Shown here piece after piece: positions 9,326 to 23,072 of a stretch of DNA of 64,000 nt. Position numbers and translations under genes: made by a program. The DNA lies in contig CAWGSK010000013.1 in the NCBI GenBank assembly GCA_963825055.1, forward strand, positions 224,001 through 288,000. Direction: 5' to 3'. Within the stretch, counting starts at the first letter, position 1, and each line of letters opens with the position of its first letter. Under the pieces are notes generated by a model that was given only the letters and a program-made list of their open reading frames with translations, ran no database searches and had not been told where the DNA came from. Source of the DNA: an uncultured Gemmatimonadales bacterium (lineage in GTDB: Bacteria > Gemmatimonadota > Gemmatimonadetes > Gemmatimonadales > GWC2-71-9).

Positions 9326-10105
9326 GTGACCAGGACCTTCCTCGCCCGCCTCCACTACGATGGAACGCGCTTCATCGGATGGCAGGTGCAGGCCGAAGGA
9401 CGGTCGGTACAGGGCGAGGTCGAACGGGTGCTGGCCCGCCTCGCCGGACACCCCGTCAGGGCGCATGCCGCCGGCCGTACCGACGCCGGCGTCCACGCCC
9501 TCGGGATGGGGGTGAGTTTCGCACTGCCGGCGCGCTGGTCCTCCGCGGAACTGGGCCGCGCGCTGAATGCGTTGCTCCCGGACGACTGCTGGGTTGCCTC
9601 GGTGACTCTCATGGCCCCGGGGTTCCACGCCCGGAAGAGCGCCGGCGGTCGGCGCTACCGCTACGTGATCGGGCTGGACCCGGCGGCGCGATCGCCGTTC
9701 CGGCGCCCCTGGGAATGGGACCTGTGCCGGCCACTGGAATTCGCCCTCCTCCGCGAGGCGGCCGCGGTGCTGCCGGGCCGGCACGACTTCCGGGCCTTTG
9801 CGATCCGGACGCCGGGAAAGCCGCACTACGCGTGCACGGTGCGCGAGGCGCGATGGGAGGAGCGGCCAGCCGGCATGGGCGTGCAGCTTGAGATCGCCGC
9901 TGACCGGTTCCTGCACCACATGGTGCGGTTCCTGGTGGCGACGATGGTCGATATCGCGCAGGGTCGGCGGCCGCCCGGCGACATGGCCGAGCTGCTGGCG
10001 CGGACCGACAATGCCGGGACGAGCGCCCCGGCGCCGGCGCGCGGCCTGTTCTTCCTGGAGGCGGACTATCCCGCGGACTGCTTCGCGGCGGAGGTGCTGA
10101 CATGA
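9326..10105 (+). CDS. truA: tRNA pseudouridine(38-40) synthase
   Basis: YDGTRFIGWQ, AGRTDAGVHA, FHAR, FLHHMVR, TSAPAPARGL. Confidence 0.95.
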   Translation: MTRTFLARLHYDGTRFIGWQVQAEGRSVQGEVERVLARLAGHPVRAHAAGRTDAGVHALGMGVSFALPARWSSAELGRALNALLPDDCWVASVTLMAPGFHARKSAGGRRYRYVIGLDPAARSPFRRPWEWDLCRPLEFALLREAAAVLPGRHDFRAFAIRTPGKPHYACTVREARWEERPAGMGVQLEIAADRFLHHMVRFLVATMVDIAQGRRPPGDMAELLARTDNAGTSAPAPARGLFFLEADYPADCFAAEVLT

Positions 10106-11544
10106 GGTGCCCGAGGGCGACATACCTGCTGGCCTGGAGCCTGGGCGTGCTCGCGCTCGCCGGATGCACATCCGGCGACGACGCCCCCGAGCTCCGCTCG
10201 TCACAGGCAGCCCTGCAGCAGCCCGTCACCGCCGCCGGGCGCCAGGCCCGCAGTGACACCGTCGCGGCCTCGCGCCGCACCGCCATCGTCACCGCGACGA
10301 GCCGGGTCGCGCCCGCCGTGGTCTCCATCAACGCCACCATGCGGCAGGCCGTCCAGGCCCGCTCGCCCTTCGATTTCTTCTTCGTGCCCGAGGGCCGCGA
10401 CCAGCTGGTGCGGAGCAGCGGCACCGGCTTCATCCTGCGCCCGGACGGCATCATCCTGACCAACCAGCATGTCGTGGCCAACGCCGAGCGCGTGGTCGTC
10501 ACGCTGCACGACGGCACCGACCTCCCTGCCCGCGTCCTCGGGGAGGACCCGGTCACCGACATCGCCGTGCTCAAGGTGGACCGGACCGGCCTCCCCACCG
10601 CCACCATCGGTCACAGCAACGATCTCATGATCGGGGAATGGGTCGTGGCGCTCGGCAATCCGTTCGCCTACCTCCTCGGCGACACGGAACCGACGGTGAC
10701 CGCCGGTGTGGTCAGCGCCGTGGGCCGCAACATCCTGCCCAATCGCGACCAGACCGGACTTTACCTGGACATGATCCAGACCGATGCCGCCATCAACCCC
10801 GGCAACTCGGGCGGTCCGCTGGTAAACGCCCTCGGCGAAGTGGTGGGCGTGAACAGCTCGATCTTCTCGCAGAGCGGCGGCTCGATCGGCCTGGGCTTCG
10901 CCATTCCCATCGAGCGCGCGGCACGGGTGGCTGACGAGATCGTGAAGTCAGGGCAGGTGCATCGGGCGTGGGCCGGTCTCGAGGTGGCCGGCCCCGAGAG
11001 CGCCGAGGACTGGAAGACCCAGGGCGGCGTGAAGGTCACCCAGGTGACACCCGGCGGACCGGCGGACCGGGCGGGCATCAAGGCGGGCCAGATCCTGGTG
11101 GAGGCGAACGGGCGCCCGCTCCGGAACTTCCTGGACTGGGAAGCCGCCCGACTGGACCTGAGTCCGGGCGACCGGATCGCGCTCCGCGTTCGCGAGGGCG
11201 CCCGGGTCGCGACCCGCACGCTTACGACGACAGGGCTTCCCACCGTCAGCGCCGAGCGGGTCAACGTGCTGAAGGGCCTGGACCTCGTCACGGTGACACC
11301 GGCGATCCAGGGCGAGCGCGGCCTCCGGGCGGAGCAGGGCGCGCTGATCATCGGGATCACCCCGGCCATTGCGCAGGCCACCGGCCTTCGCGAGGGCGAC
11401 GTGATCATTGCGGTCAACCGCACGATGGTCGGGAGCGCCGAGGAGGTGCGCGACATCCTCGACGCCGCGACGCCACGCCAGCTCCTCCGCGTCCATATCG
11501 AGCGCAACCGGCAGTACGCCTTCACCGACCTGGCCTTCCGATGA
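10102..11544 (+). CDS. HtrA/DegP-family serine protease with PDZ domains, lipoprotein-like signal
   Basis: TNQHVV, DIAVLK, TDAAINPGNSGGPL catalytic triad motifs; LAGC lipobox. Confidence 0.92.
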   Translation: MRCPRATYLLAWSLGVLALAGCTSGDDAPELRSSQAALQQPVTAAGRQARSDTVAASRRTAIVTATSRVAPAVVSINATMRQAVQARSPFDFFFVPEGRDQLVRSSGTGFILRPDGIILTNQHVVANAERVVVTLHDGTDLPARVLGEDPVTDIAVLKVDRTGLPTATIGHSNDLMIGEWVVALGNPFAYLLGDTEPTVTAGVVSAVGRNILPNRDQTGLYLDMIQTDAAINPGNSGGPLVNALGEVVGVNSSIFSQSGGSIGLGFAIPIERAARVADEIVKSGQVHRAWAGLEVAGPESAEDWKTQGGVKVTQVTPGGPADRAGIKAGQILVEANGRPLRNFLDWEAARLDLSPGDRIALRVREGARVATRTLTTTGLPTVSAERVNVLKGLDLVTVTPAIQGERGLRAEQGALIIGITPAIAQATGLREGDVIIAVNRTMVGSAEEVRDILDAATPRQLLRVHIERNRQYAFTDLAFR

Positions 11545-12980
11545 CCGACGACCGGTACCGCTCCCCGCTCGGCACCCGCTACGCGTCCCCTGCCATGCAG
11601 CGGCTCTGGGGCGCGCGGCATCGCGCGGGCCTCTGGCGGCGCCTGTGGGTCGCGCTCGCGGAAGCCGAGCGCGACCTCGGCGTCGCCATTCCCGACGAGG
11701 CCCTCGAAGCCATGCGCGCCCATCTCGACGACGCCGACCTTGATGCGGTCGCCGGGTACGAGCGGCGCTTCCGACACGACGTGATGGCGCATGTGCACGC
11801 CTTCGGCGACCAGGCTCCCGCGGCCCGGCCCTTCCTGCACCTGGGCGCCACCAGCGCCTTCATCGGGGACAATGCGGACCTGCTGGTGATCCGCGAAGCC
11901 CTGCGCCTCACGCTGGGCCGCCTGGTCGCCCTGCTCGACGCGCTCGAGGGATTTGCGCGAAAGCAGCGTGCCCTGCCCTGCCTCGCCTGGACGCATTACC
12001 AGCCCGCGCAGCTCACGACGGTCGGCAAGCGGGCCACGCTCTGGATGCAGGACTTCGGACTGGACGTCGAGGCCCTGGTCCACCTGCTCGAGACACTCCG
12101 GTTCCGCGGCTGCAAGGGCACCACCGGGACGCAGGCCTCGTTCATGGAGCTGTTCGGGGGCGACCACGAGAAGGTCCGTGAACTCGACCGTCGCGTTACC
12201 GCGGACATGGGATTCGCCGCGGCCTTCCCCGTCACCGGCCAGACCTATCCGCGCAAGCTCGACAGCAGCGTGCTGGGCGTGCTGAGCGGCATCGCGCAGT
12301 CCGCCGCAAAGATGGCGACTGACCTCCGGCTGCTGCAGCACGACGGTGAGGTCCTCGAGCCCTTCGAGACCGACCAGATCGGCTCCAGTGCGATGGCCTA
12401 CAAGCGGAACCCGATGCGGTGCGAGCGGATCTGCGCGCTCGCGCGCTTCGTGATCTCGCTCGAGGCCAACGGCGCGAACACCGCCGCGAGCCAGTGGCTC
12501 GAACGCACCCTGGATGACAGCGCCAACCGCCGGCTCTCGCTCCCGGAAGCATTCCTCGCGTCAGATGCCATCCTCATTCTCGCCACCAACGTCGCGGCCG
12601 GGCTCGAGGTGCGGGAGGGCGTCATCCACCGCCACGTGGCGGAGCAGATGCCCTTCATGGCGACGGAGCGATGGCTCATGCTCGGCGTGGCCGCCGGCGG
12701 CGACCGGCAGGCGCTGCACGAGGTGATCCGGCAGGAAAGCCACCGGACGGCCGCCGAGGTGAGCGAAGGGAAGCCTAACGCGCTGCTCGAGCGGCTTGGC
12801 AGGCATGCCGCGTTCGCGGGCGTCGGCACCACGGCCCTCCAGGCCGAGCTCGATCCGTCCCGCTACACCGGCCGGGCGGCGGAGCAGGTGGAGGAATTCC
12901 TCGGGGAGTTCCTGGCCCCCCTGCTCGACCGGGCACGCTCCATGGCCACCGATGCCGGCGCCGCCGAGGTGACCGTATGA
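11541..12980 (+). CDS. purB: Adenylosuccinate lyase
   Basis: HDVMAH, HLGATS, THYQPAQ, GSSAMAYKRNP. Confidence 0.95.
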   Translation: MTDDRYRSPLGTRYASPAMQRLWGARHRAGLWRRLWVALAEAERDLGVAIPDEALEAMRAHLDDADLDAVAGYERRFRHDVMAHVHAFGDQAPAARPFLHLGATSAFIGDNADLLVIREALRLTLGRLVALLDALEGFARKQRALPCLAWTHYQPAQLTTVGKRATLWMQDFGLDVEALVHLLETLRFRGCKGTTGTQASFMELFGGDHEKVRELDRRVTADMGFAAAFPVTGQTYPRKLDSSVLGVLSGIAQSAAKMATDLRLLQHDGEVLEPFETDQIGSSAMAYKRNPMRCERICALARFVISLEANGANTAASQWLERTLDDSANRRLSLPEAFLASDAILILATNVAAGLEVREGVIHRHVAEQMPFMATERWLMLGVAAGGDRQALHEVIRQESHRTAAEVSEGKPNALLERLGRHAAFAGVGTTALQAELDPSRYTGRAAEQVEEFLGEFLAPLLDRARSMATDAGAAEVTV

Positions 12981-13906
12981 GTCGCACCGGCACGCTCCGC
13001 GCCAGCACCCTCCCGCTCCCGCTCGTCCGTCGCGGGAAGGTCCGTGAGGTGTACGACGCCGGGAATGGAATGCTCCTGCTCGTGGCGAGCGACCGGGTCA
13101 GCGCGTTCGACGTCGTGATGCACGAGCCGATCCCGCGGAAGGGCGAGGTCCTGACACAGATGAGCGCGTTCTGGTTCGGCCTGCTCCGGGAGGTGGCGCC
13201 GAGCCATTTCCTGACGGCCGACACCGGGGAAATCCTCACCCACCTCCCCACCCTGGTGCCGCTTCGTGACCAGATCGCCGGCCGGAGCATGCTGGTCCGG
13301 CGCTCGGAGCCCGTCCCGTTCGAGTGCGTGATCAGGGGCTATCTCGCGGGCTCCGCCTGGGTGGAGTACCGGGACCGCGGGACACTCGCCGGGGAGCCGA
13401 TGCCCCGGGGTCTCGTGGAGTCGTCCCAGCTGCCGGTGCCCGTGTTCAGCCCGGCAACCAAGGCGGCCTCCGGTCATGACGAGAACGTCCCGCCGTCGGC
13501 GGTCGCCGAGGCGCTGGGGGCGAAGACCGCGGCCGCGCTCCGCGCGACGAGCCTCGCGCTGTACGAGGCCGGTCGTGCGCACGCCGCGGGCCGGGGGATC
13601 ATCATCGCCGACACGAAGTTCGAGTTCGGGCATGACGCGGATGGCAACCTGCTCCTGATCGACGAGATCCTGACGCCGGATTCCTCACGCTTCTGGCCCG
13701 CATCCGGGTACGAGCCCGGACGGACACAGGCGAGTTTCGACAAGCAGCCGCTTCGCGACTGGCTCGCCGGTCTCCGGCGCGAGGGGACATGGAACGGCGA
13801 GGCGCCGCCTCCCACACTGCCCCCGGAGGTCGTGCAGGCCACCAGCGACCGCTACCTCGACGCCTGCCGGCGGATCACCGGCCGGGCACTGGAGGCGCGC
13901 GCATGA
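12977..13906 (+). CDS. purC: SAICAR synthase
   Basis: RGKVREVY, SDRVSAFD, IADTKFEFG, TPDSSRFW, FDKQ. Confidence 0.96.
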   Translation: MSRTGTLRASTLPLPLVRRGKVREVYDAGNGMLLLVASDRVSAFDVVMHEPIPRKGEVLTQMSAFWFGLLREVAPSHFLTADTGEILTHLPTLVPLRDQIAGRSMLVRRSEPVPFECVIRGYLAGSAWVEYRDRGTLAGEPMPRGLVESSQLPVPVFSPATKAASGHDENVPPSAVAEALGAKTAAALRATSLALYEAGRAHAAGRGIIIADTKFEFGHDADGNLLLIDEILTPDSSRFWPASGYEPGRTQASFDKQPLRDWLAGLRREGTWNGEAPPPTLPPEVVQATSDRYLDACRRITGRALEARA

Positions 13907-14535
13907 CGCGGATCGCGCCCGAAGGATGGCCCTTCATCGCGGTGGCATGGCTCATCGCGATCGTGTTCGGCGTGTACCATATCTGGCTCGGGTTCCTGCT
14001 CTGGCTGCCCGTCGCCATCTGGGTGATGGCCTTCTTCCGGAACCCGGACCGCCCGGGGCCGCGTGGCGAGCACCTGGTGATCGCCCCCGCGGACGGCAAG
14101 GTCGTCAGTATCCGCCGGATCGACGAGCCCGGATTTCTGGGCGGCATGGCGCTCCGGATCTCGATTTTCATGAACGTTTTCGACGTGCACGTGAACCGCT
14201 ACCCCGCCAGTGGCACCATCGCATGGCGACAGTACACCCCCGGACGGTTCCTGAACGCCGCGGCGGAGAAGGCCAGCCAGGAGAACGAGCAGTCGTCGGT
14301 CGGCATCGCGAGCGCCCGTGGCCGGCTCATGGTGCGCCAGATCGCCGGCCTCGTCGCCCGTCGGATCGTGACCGATCATGGTGAGGGCGAGGCGGTGAGC
14401 CAGGGCGACCGCATGGGGCTCATCCGCTTCGGCTCACGGGTGGACGTCTTCCTGCCGGATGGCTGCAGCGCCCGGGTGGCCGAGGGCGAACGCACCCGTG
14501 CCGGGCAGACGGTCATCGCGGAGTGGGACGCGTGA
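13903..14535 (+). CDS. psd: Phosphatidylserine decarboxylase proenzyme
   Basis: FFRNP, APADG, SIFMNVFDVHVNR, FGSRVD self-cleavage motif. Confidence 0.93.
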   Translation: MTRIAPEGWPFIAVAWLIAIVFGVYHIWLGFLLWLPVAIWVMAFFRNPDRPGPRGEHLVIAPADGKVVSIRRIDEPGFLGGMALRISIFMNVFDVHVNRYPASGTIAWRQYTPGRFLNAAAEKASQENEQSSVGIASARGRLMVRQIAGLVARRIVTDHGEGEAVSQGDRMGLIRFGSRVDVFLPDGCSARVAEGERTRAGQTVIAEWDA

Positions 14536-15401
14536 GCCCGCGCCTCGGCCGCCGGAACATGCGGCGCGTAGTCGTGGTGATGCCGAGCACGTTCACGCTT
14601 GGCAACCTCTTCTTCGGGTTCTGGGCGATCGTCTCGGCCAGCCAGGGCAACTTCACCTGGGCGGGCTGGTTCATCGTCTTTGCCGGCCTGCTGGACATGC
14701 TCGACGGTCGGCTGGCCCGGCTGTCCAATACCGGCAGCCGCTTCGGCGCGGAGCTCGATTCGCTGGTGGACGCCATCAGCTTCGGCGTCGCCCCCGCCGT
14801 CGTCATGTACTTCCTCGAGTTCAGCACCGCCGGGCGGTTTGCCTGGCTGCTCTGCTTCCTGTACGTCGTGGCCGTGACCGCGCGGCTCGCCCGGTACAAC
14901 GTGCTGGCGCACGGCAAGCCGCATTCGCACTGGTTCGTCGGACTCCCCTCGCCGGCGGCCGGGCTCACCCTGGCGGTGTACTACCCGTTCAGCCAGACGC
15001 CGTGGTACCAGGCCTCCCTGGCCTACCTGCACCTCCAGCACCAGGGGCTCGTGTTCCTGATCCTGCTGGTGTCCCTGCTGATGGTGAGCAACGTGAAGTA
15101 CCCGAAGTTCCCGGGCATCGGCGTGCGCTCCCCTCGGGCCATTGCGGGGACCGTGTTCACGCTCGCCCTCCTGGTGGGTGGACTCACCTACCCGGAGTAC
15201 GTCCTCTTCCCCTTCGGCATTGCCTACCTCCTGTTCGGGATCGTCCGGGCCGTGGTGCTCGGCCTGCTCGAGCGGGGCGAGGACGACGACGGCGACGATC
15301 CCGACTCGCTGCCCGCCGAACTGGAGGACGAGGAAATCGCCGACGCCAACCCGGCCGAACCCGCATGGCCACCATCACCCCCGTCGAGGACCCAGGAATG
15401 A
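14532..15401 (+). CDS. pssA: CDP-diacylglycerol--serine O-phosphatidyltransferase
   Basis: DMLDGRLAR...FGAELDSLVDAISFGVAP CDP-alcohol phosphotransferase motif; next to psd; start uncertain (14532 or 14559). Confidence 0.9.
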   Translation: MSPRLGRRNMRRVVVVMPSTFTLGNLFFGFWAIVSASQGNFTWAGWFIVFAGLLDMLDGRLARLSNTGSRFGAELDSLVDAISFGVAPAVVMYFLEFSTAGRFAWLLCFLYVVAVTARLARYNVLAHGKPHSHWFVGLPSPAAGLTLAVYYPFSQTPWYQASLAYLHLQHQGLVFLILLVSLLMVSNVKYPKFPGIGVRSPRAIAGTVFTLALLVGGLTYPEYVLFPFGIAYLLFGIVRAVVLGLLERGEDDDGDDPDSLPAELEDEEIADANPAEPAWPPSPPSRTQE

Positions 15402-15649
15402 GTTTTCGTGTGCACATCCGCGTCGTACCCCGCGCCGGCCTGCTGGACCCGCAGGGCCAGGCCGTCGAGCACGCCCTGACGGCCCTCGGCTTCGACGAGG
15501 CGGAGGAGGTACGGATCGGCCGGGCCATCGAGCTGCAGGTGGACGCACCGACCGCCGGCGAGGCCGAGACACGTGCGCGCGCCATGTGCGACAAGCTGCT
15601 CGCCAACCCGGTGACGGAAGACTACTCCATCGCCGTGGAGCCGGCCTGA
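15398..15649 (+). CDS. purS: FGAM synthase subunit PurS
   Basis: LLDPQGQAV, KLLANPVTEDY. Confidence 0.93.
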   Translation: MSFRVHIRVVPRAGLLDPQGQAVEHALTALGFDEAEEVRIGRAIELQVDAPTAGEAETRARAMCDKLLANPVTEDYSIAVEPA

Positions 15650-16368
15650 TGCGCGTCGCGGTCATCCGCTTTCCCGGCAGCAACTGCGACATGGACACGC
15701 TCCAGGGCGCACGACGCGTGGGGGCGGAGGCATTCTTCGTCTGGCACCGTGAGACGAACCTGGGCAACGCGGACGCAGTGATGCTCCCGGGCGGTTTCAG
15801 CTACGGCGACTACCTGCGGAGCGGCGCCATCGCGCGGTTCAGCCCCGTCATGCAGGCCGTGCAGGAGCTCGCCGCGGCCGGCGGACCGGTGCTCGGCATC
15901 TGCAACGGGTTCCAGATACTCTGCGAGGCGGGCCTGCTGCCGGGCGCGCTGACCCGGAATGACCGCCTGACATTTGTCTCCCGGCCGGTAACCCTCCGGG
16001 TCGAGTCCACCGCCACGCCGTTCACCAGCGCGTATGCCCCGGGCCAGGTAGTGCGGATGCCGGTGTCGCACGGGGACGGGCGCTACGTCGCCGACGACCG
16101 GACGCTCGATATCCTCGAGGCCGAAAGCCGGATCGTGGTGCGCTATGTCAACCCGGACGGCAGCCCCGCGTCCGGCGACGCCAACCCCAACGGCTCCCTC
16201 CGCGACATTGCAGGAATCCGTAACGAGGCGGGGAACGTGGTCGGGCTCATGCCCCATCCCGACCGCGCCGCCGACCCTGGCCTGGGCCTGACCGACGGCC
16301 TCGGCTTCTTCCAGTCCCTCATGGCCCTCGACCCTGCCGGCGCGCGGCCGGCGGGTGCTGGCCGCTGA
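15649..16368 (+). CDS. purQ: FGAM synthase glutaminase subunit PurQ
   Basis: FPGSNCD, PGGFSYGDYLR, GICNGFQ, NPNGS, MPHPD. Confidence 0.95.
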   Translation: MRVAVIRFPGSNCDMDTLQGARRVGAEAFFVWHRETNLGNADAVMLPGGFSYGDYLRSGAIARFSPVMQAVQELAAAGGPVLGICNGFQILCEAGLLPGALTRNDRLTFVSRPVTLRVESTATPFTSAYAPGQVVRMPVSHGDGRYVADDRTLDILEAESRIVVRYVNPDGSPASGDANPNGSLRDIAGIRNEAGNVVGLMPHPDRAADPGLGLTDGLGFFQSLMALDPAGARPAGAGR

Positions 16369-16390
16369 CCACCCTGACCCCCAGAGACCG

Positions 16391-16705
16391 ATGAGCACGG
16401 ACAAGCCCAGCCGGAACGAAGACGAGTACTTCGCCAAGAAGGAGATGGAGATCCTCGCCCAGCAGCGCGCCGCGACCCGGGCCGCCGAGGAGGAGGCCGC
16501 GCGCGCGGAGTATTACATGCGCTGCCCCAAGTGCGGCGCGCCCCTCCGGACCGAGGAACTCCGCGGCGTCCAGGTCGACGGCTGCCCGGTGTGCCACGGC
16601 CTCTGGCTCGATGCCGGCGAGATCGACCAGCTCGAGGCGCGGGAGGACCGCGGCATGATCGGCCAGGTACTGCACGATCTCGTCTCCACCTTCCGCCACA
16701 AGTGA
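16391..16705 (+). CDS. Small zinc-ribbon protein (zf-TFIIB-like)
   Basis: EDEYF N-terminus, CPKCG and [13 protein letters not shown]; stop overlaps the purL start. Confidence 0.85.
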   Translation: MSTDKPSRNEDEYFAKKEMEILAQQRAATRAAEEEAARAEYYMRCPKCGAPLRTEELRGVQVDGCPVCHGLWLDAGEIDQLEAREDRGMIGQVLHDLVSTFRHK

Positions 16706-19014
16706 TGCAGTCCAGGACCGCGCCCACCCAGGCACACGCCATGCCGGGAGAGCCCGAGGTCACCCCGGCGCTCGTCCGCGAACACAACCTGAACGACCTC
16801 GAGTACGAGCGCATCGAGGCCCTGCTCGGCCGCACCCCCACGCTGACCGAACTCGGCGTCTTCTCGGCGTTGTGGTCCGAGCACTGCTCCTACAAGCACT
16901 CCCGCCCGATCCTCCGGACTTTTCCCACTGAGGGGCCCCAGGTCCTGCAGGGACCGGGCGAGAATGCGGGTGTGCTCCGGCTGCCCGCGGGCTGGGCGGT
17001 CGCGTTCAAGATCGAGTCCCACAACCACCCTTCGGCGGTCGAGCCCTACCAGGGGGCGGCCACGGGCGTCGGCGGCATCCTCCGCGACGTGTTCACGATG
17101 GGCGCGCGGCCGGTGGCGGTGCTCAACAGCCTCCGGTTCGGCCCGCTGGACCAGCCGCGGAACCGCTACCTGCTGGGCGGCGTGGTGCGCGGCGTCGGGG
17201 ACTACGGCAACTGCATCGGCGTTCCCACCCTCGGCGGCGAGGTGGACTTCGCGCCGGGATACAGCGGCAACCCGCTCGTCAACGCCATGTGCGTCGGCCT
17301 CCTCCGCGAGGAGGACCTGATCCGCGCCGCCGCCACCGGGGTCGGTAACGTGCTGCTGGCCGTCGGCGCCCGGACAGGTCGGGACGGCATCCACGGGGCC
17401 AGTTTCGCCAGCGAAGACCTCTCCGAGCAGAGTGAGGCGCGCCGTCCGCAGGTGCAGGTGGGCGACCCGTTCACGGAGAAACTCCTGCTCGAGGCGACGC
17501 TGGAGATGATCCAGTCCCGCCTCATCGTGGCCATCCAGGACATGGGCGCCGCCGGGCTCACCAGCAGTTCCGCCGAGATGGCGGCCCGTGGCGGAGTCGG
17601 CGTGGAGATCGACACGGCAGAGGTGCCGGTCCGCGAGCCGGGCATGACTCCCTACGAGATCCTGCTCAGCGAATCTCAGGAGCGGATGCTGGTCGTGGCC
17701 GAGCCGCACCAGGTTGAGGCGGTGCGCGCGGTGTGCTCGAAGTGGGAACTGGAGGCCCGTGCCATCGGGAAGGTGACCGATGACGGCCTCTTCCGGGTCC
17801 GCCACGGCGACCTGGTCGTCGCCGAGATCCCCGGGGTCCCGCTGGTGGAGGATTGTCCGGTGTACACGCCCGAGGCCCAGGAGGCGGAGGGCGTGCGCCG
17901 GCGCCGGGCGGCCCGGCCACCGCAGGATGGCCCGGACGTGGACCAGGCACTCCCCGCCCTGCTGGATGCGCCGAGCCTCGCGAGCAAGCGCTGGATCTAC
18001 GAGCAGTACGACTCCACCGTGCAGGCGGCCACGCTGATCGGCCCCGGCGGTGACGCGGGCCTCCTCCGCATCACCGATACGGACGCCGGGCTCGCCATCA
18101 CCACCGACTGCAATGCCCGGCTCCTGGCACTGGACCCCTACCAGGGCGGGAAGGCCGCCGTCGCCGAGGCGGCGCGAAACATCGCCTGCACTGGCGCAGT
18201 CCCGCTGGGCGTCACCGACTGCCTCAACTTCGGGAACCCTGAGCGGCCGGAGGTGTTCTATCAGTTCCGCGAGGCGTGTCGCGGCATCGCCGATGCCTGC
18301 CGTGCGTTCAACACCCCGGTCACCGGCGGCAACGTCTCGTTCTACAATGAGAGTCCGACAGGAGCGATCGATCCGACACCGGTCATCGGCATGGTCGGGT
18401 TGCTGGACAACATCGCACACGCTGTGGGCAGCCACTTCCAGGCCGAGGGAGACCACGTTGTCCTCCTCGGCCTGCCCGCGGCCGAACTTGGCGGGTCGGC
18501 GTACTGGGCGGAGCTGATGGGCTTCGTCGGCGGGACGCCCGCGCCGGTGGACCTGGAGGCGGAAGCGGCCCTTCAGCGGCTCCTGGCCGAGGCGGCATCG
18601 GAAAGGCTGCTTGCCTCGGCGCATGACCTCTCGACCGGTGGACTGCTCGTCACGGTGGCGGAGTCGGCCATGGGAGGCCCGTACGCCGAAGCCGGATTCG
18701 GCGTAAGGGTTTCACTGGATGCCATTCCCTGCCCCGAGGCCGCCGGCGATGCGGCCTTATCTTTCGGCGAGGGCGGAGCCGCAGCCGTCGTGAGTTGCCG
18801 GGGCGGCAGTACCGCCGCCCTGGAACGGCTGGCGCTGCGGCACGGTGTGCCAGTGCTGGAACTCGGCCTCGTCGGCCGGGCCGGAGGCACGATGGAAGTG
18901 CGCCGGGGCGGTCGCGCATGGTCCTGGTCGATTGGGGCCCTGCGCAAGACTTATTTCAATGCGATTCCCCGCCGGATGCGGGATGTCACCGCTGGGACGG
19001 CGGAGGGAGTGTAA
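16705..19014 (+). CDS. purL: FGAM synthase subunit PurL
   Basis: [47 protein letters not shown]. Confidence 0.97.
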   Translation: MQSRTAPTQAHAMPGEPEVTPALVREHNLNDLEYERIEALLGRTPTLTELGVFSALWSEHCSYKHSRPILRTFPTEGPQVLQGPGENAGVLRLPAGWAVAFKIESHNHPSAVEPYQGAATGVGGILRDVFTMGARPVAVLNSLRFGPLDQPRNRYLLGGVVRGVGDYGNCIGVPTLGGEVDFAPGYSGNPLVNAMCVGLLREEDLIRAAATGVGNVLLAVGARTGRDGIHGASFASEDLSEQSEARRPQVQVGDPFTEKLLLEATLEMIQSRLIVAIQDMGAAGLTSSSAEMAARGGVGVEIDTAEVPVREPGMTPYEILLSESQERMLVVAEPHQVEAVRAVCSKWELEARAIGKVTDDGLFRVRHGDLVVAEIPGVPLVEDCPVYTPEAQEAEGVRRRRAARPPQDGPDVDQALPALLDAPSLASKRWIYEQYDSTVQAATLIGPGGDAGLLRITDTDAGLAITTDCNARLLALDPYQGGKAAVAEAARNIACTGAVPLGVTDCLNFGNPERPEVFYQFREACRGIADACRAFNTPVTGGNVSFYNESPTGAIDPTPVIGMVGLLDNIAHAVGSHFQAEGDHVVLLGLPAAELGGSAYWAELMGFVGGTPAPVDLEAEAALQRLLAEAASERLLASAHDLSTGGLLVTVAESAMGGPYAEAGFGVRVSLDAIPCPEAAGDAALSFGEGGAAAVVSCRGGSTAALERLALRHGVPVLELGLVGRAGGTMEVRRGGRAWSWSIGALRKTYFNAIPRRMRDVTAGTAEGV

Positions 19015-19017
19015 GGT

Positions 19018-20408
19018 ATGTGCGGGATCATCGGCGTATCGGGCGTCAACGACGCCGCGAGGCTGGCCTACCTCGGCCTCTATGCGCTGCAGCACCGGGG
19101 GCAGGAGAGTGCGGGTATCGTCTCCATCGATGCGCGGGGCGACAGCCACGCGCATCGCGGCATGGGGCTCGTCTCGGAGAACTTCACCGAGCCGGTCCTC
19201 GCCGGACTCCCCGGCGACGTCGCGGTCGGGCACACGCGGTACTCCACGGCCGGAACATCCGTCCTGGCCAACGCCCAGCCCTGCTTCGTCAACTACCACG
19301 AGGGACGGCTAGCGCTTGCCCACAATGGCAATCTCACTAACGCCGTCGAGCTGAAGCGGGAACTGGTGGCTCGCGGGTCCATCTTCACGTCCAGCAGCGA
19401 CTCCGAAGTGCTCGTACACCTCATCGCCCGCTCGGAGGCGCCCACGCCGGAGGGCCAGATCCGCGATGCGATGGAGCGCGCCGAAGGCGCCTACTCCATG
19501 GTGCTGGCTGTGGGTCGCGACCTGTACGCCCTGGTGGACGGCCGGGGCTTCCGCCCGCTGGTGCTGGGCCGCCTGGGGCGCGGCGTGATCGTGGCGTCCG
19601 AGACCTGCGCACTGGACCTCGTCGGGGCAACCCTGGTCCGGGAACTGCAGCCGGGGGAGTTCCTCAAGATCAGTGACGGCGTCGTCACCGAACTCGAGCC
19701 GCTCGCGGCGCGCCCGGTGAGTCGCTGCGTTTTCGAGCTGGTGTACTTCGCCCGCCCCGACAGCACGATCTTCGGCGAGTCGGTGGACCGGGTGCGCCGC
19801 GAGCTGGGCCGCCAGGTGGCGCGTGAACACCCGGCGCCGGGAGCCGAGGTCGTTTTCAGCGTGCCCGACAGCTCCAATGCCATGGCACTGGGCTTTGCCG
19901 ACGAGTCCGGCCTCAAGCTGGAACACGGGCTCATCCGGAACCACTACGTCGGCCGGACATTCATCAACCCCACGCAGGCGATTCGCGTGGCCAAGGTCCG
20001 GATCAAGTTCAACCCGGTCCGCGAGGTCATCGCCGGCAAGTCCGTTGTGGTGGTGGACGACAGCCTGGTCCGCGGGACCACCAGCAAGGGGCTGGTCCAG
20101 ATGATCCGTGACGCCGGCGCCCGGAAGATCCACCTGCGGATCTGCAGCCCGCCCATCACCGGCCCCTGTCATTACGGGATCGACACGCCGACCCGTGAGG
20201 AACTGATCGGCGCCACGCATTCCATCGAGGAGATCCAGGAATTCCTCGGGGTGGACAGCCTGGGTTACCTCTCCCTGGAAGGCATGCTCCGTGCAGCAGG
20301 GAGCGTCGTTCCCTGGTGCCACGCCTGCTTCTCCGGGCAGTATCCCACAGACACTCCCGAAGACCTGGTGCGGCTGCGCCACAGTTCCCCACTCGTTGAG
20401 AGCCCCGC

Positions 20409-20412
<4 letters not shown>
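19018..20412 (+). CDS. purF: Amidophosphoribosyltransferase
   Basis: N-terminal MCG, LQHRGQ, GHTRYST, HNGNL, VVVDDSLVRGTT. Confidence 0.97.
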
Positions 20413-23068
<2,656 letters not shown>

Positions 23069-23072
<4 letters not shown>

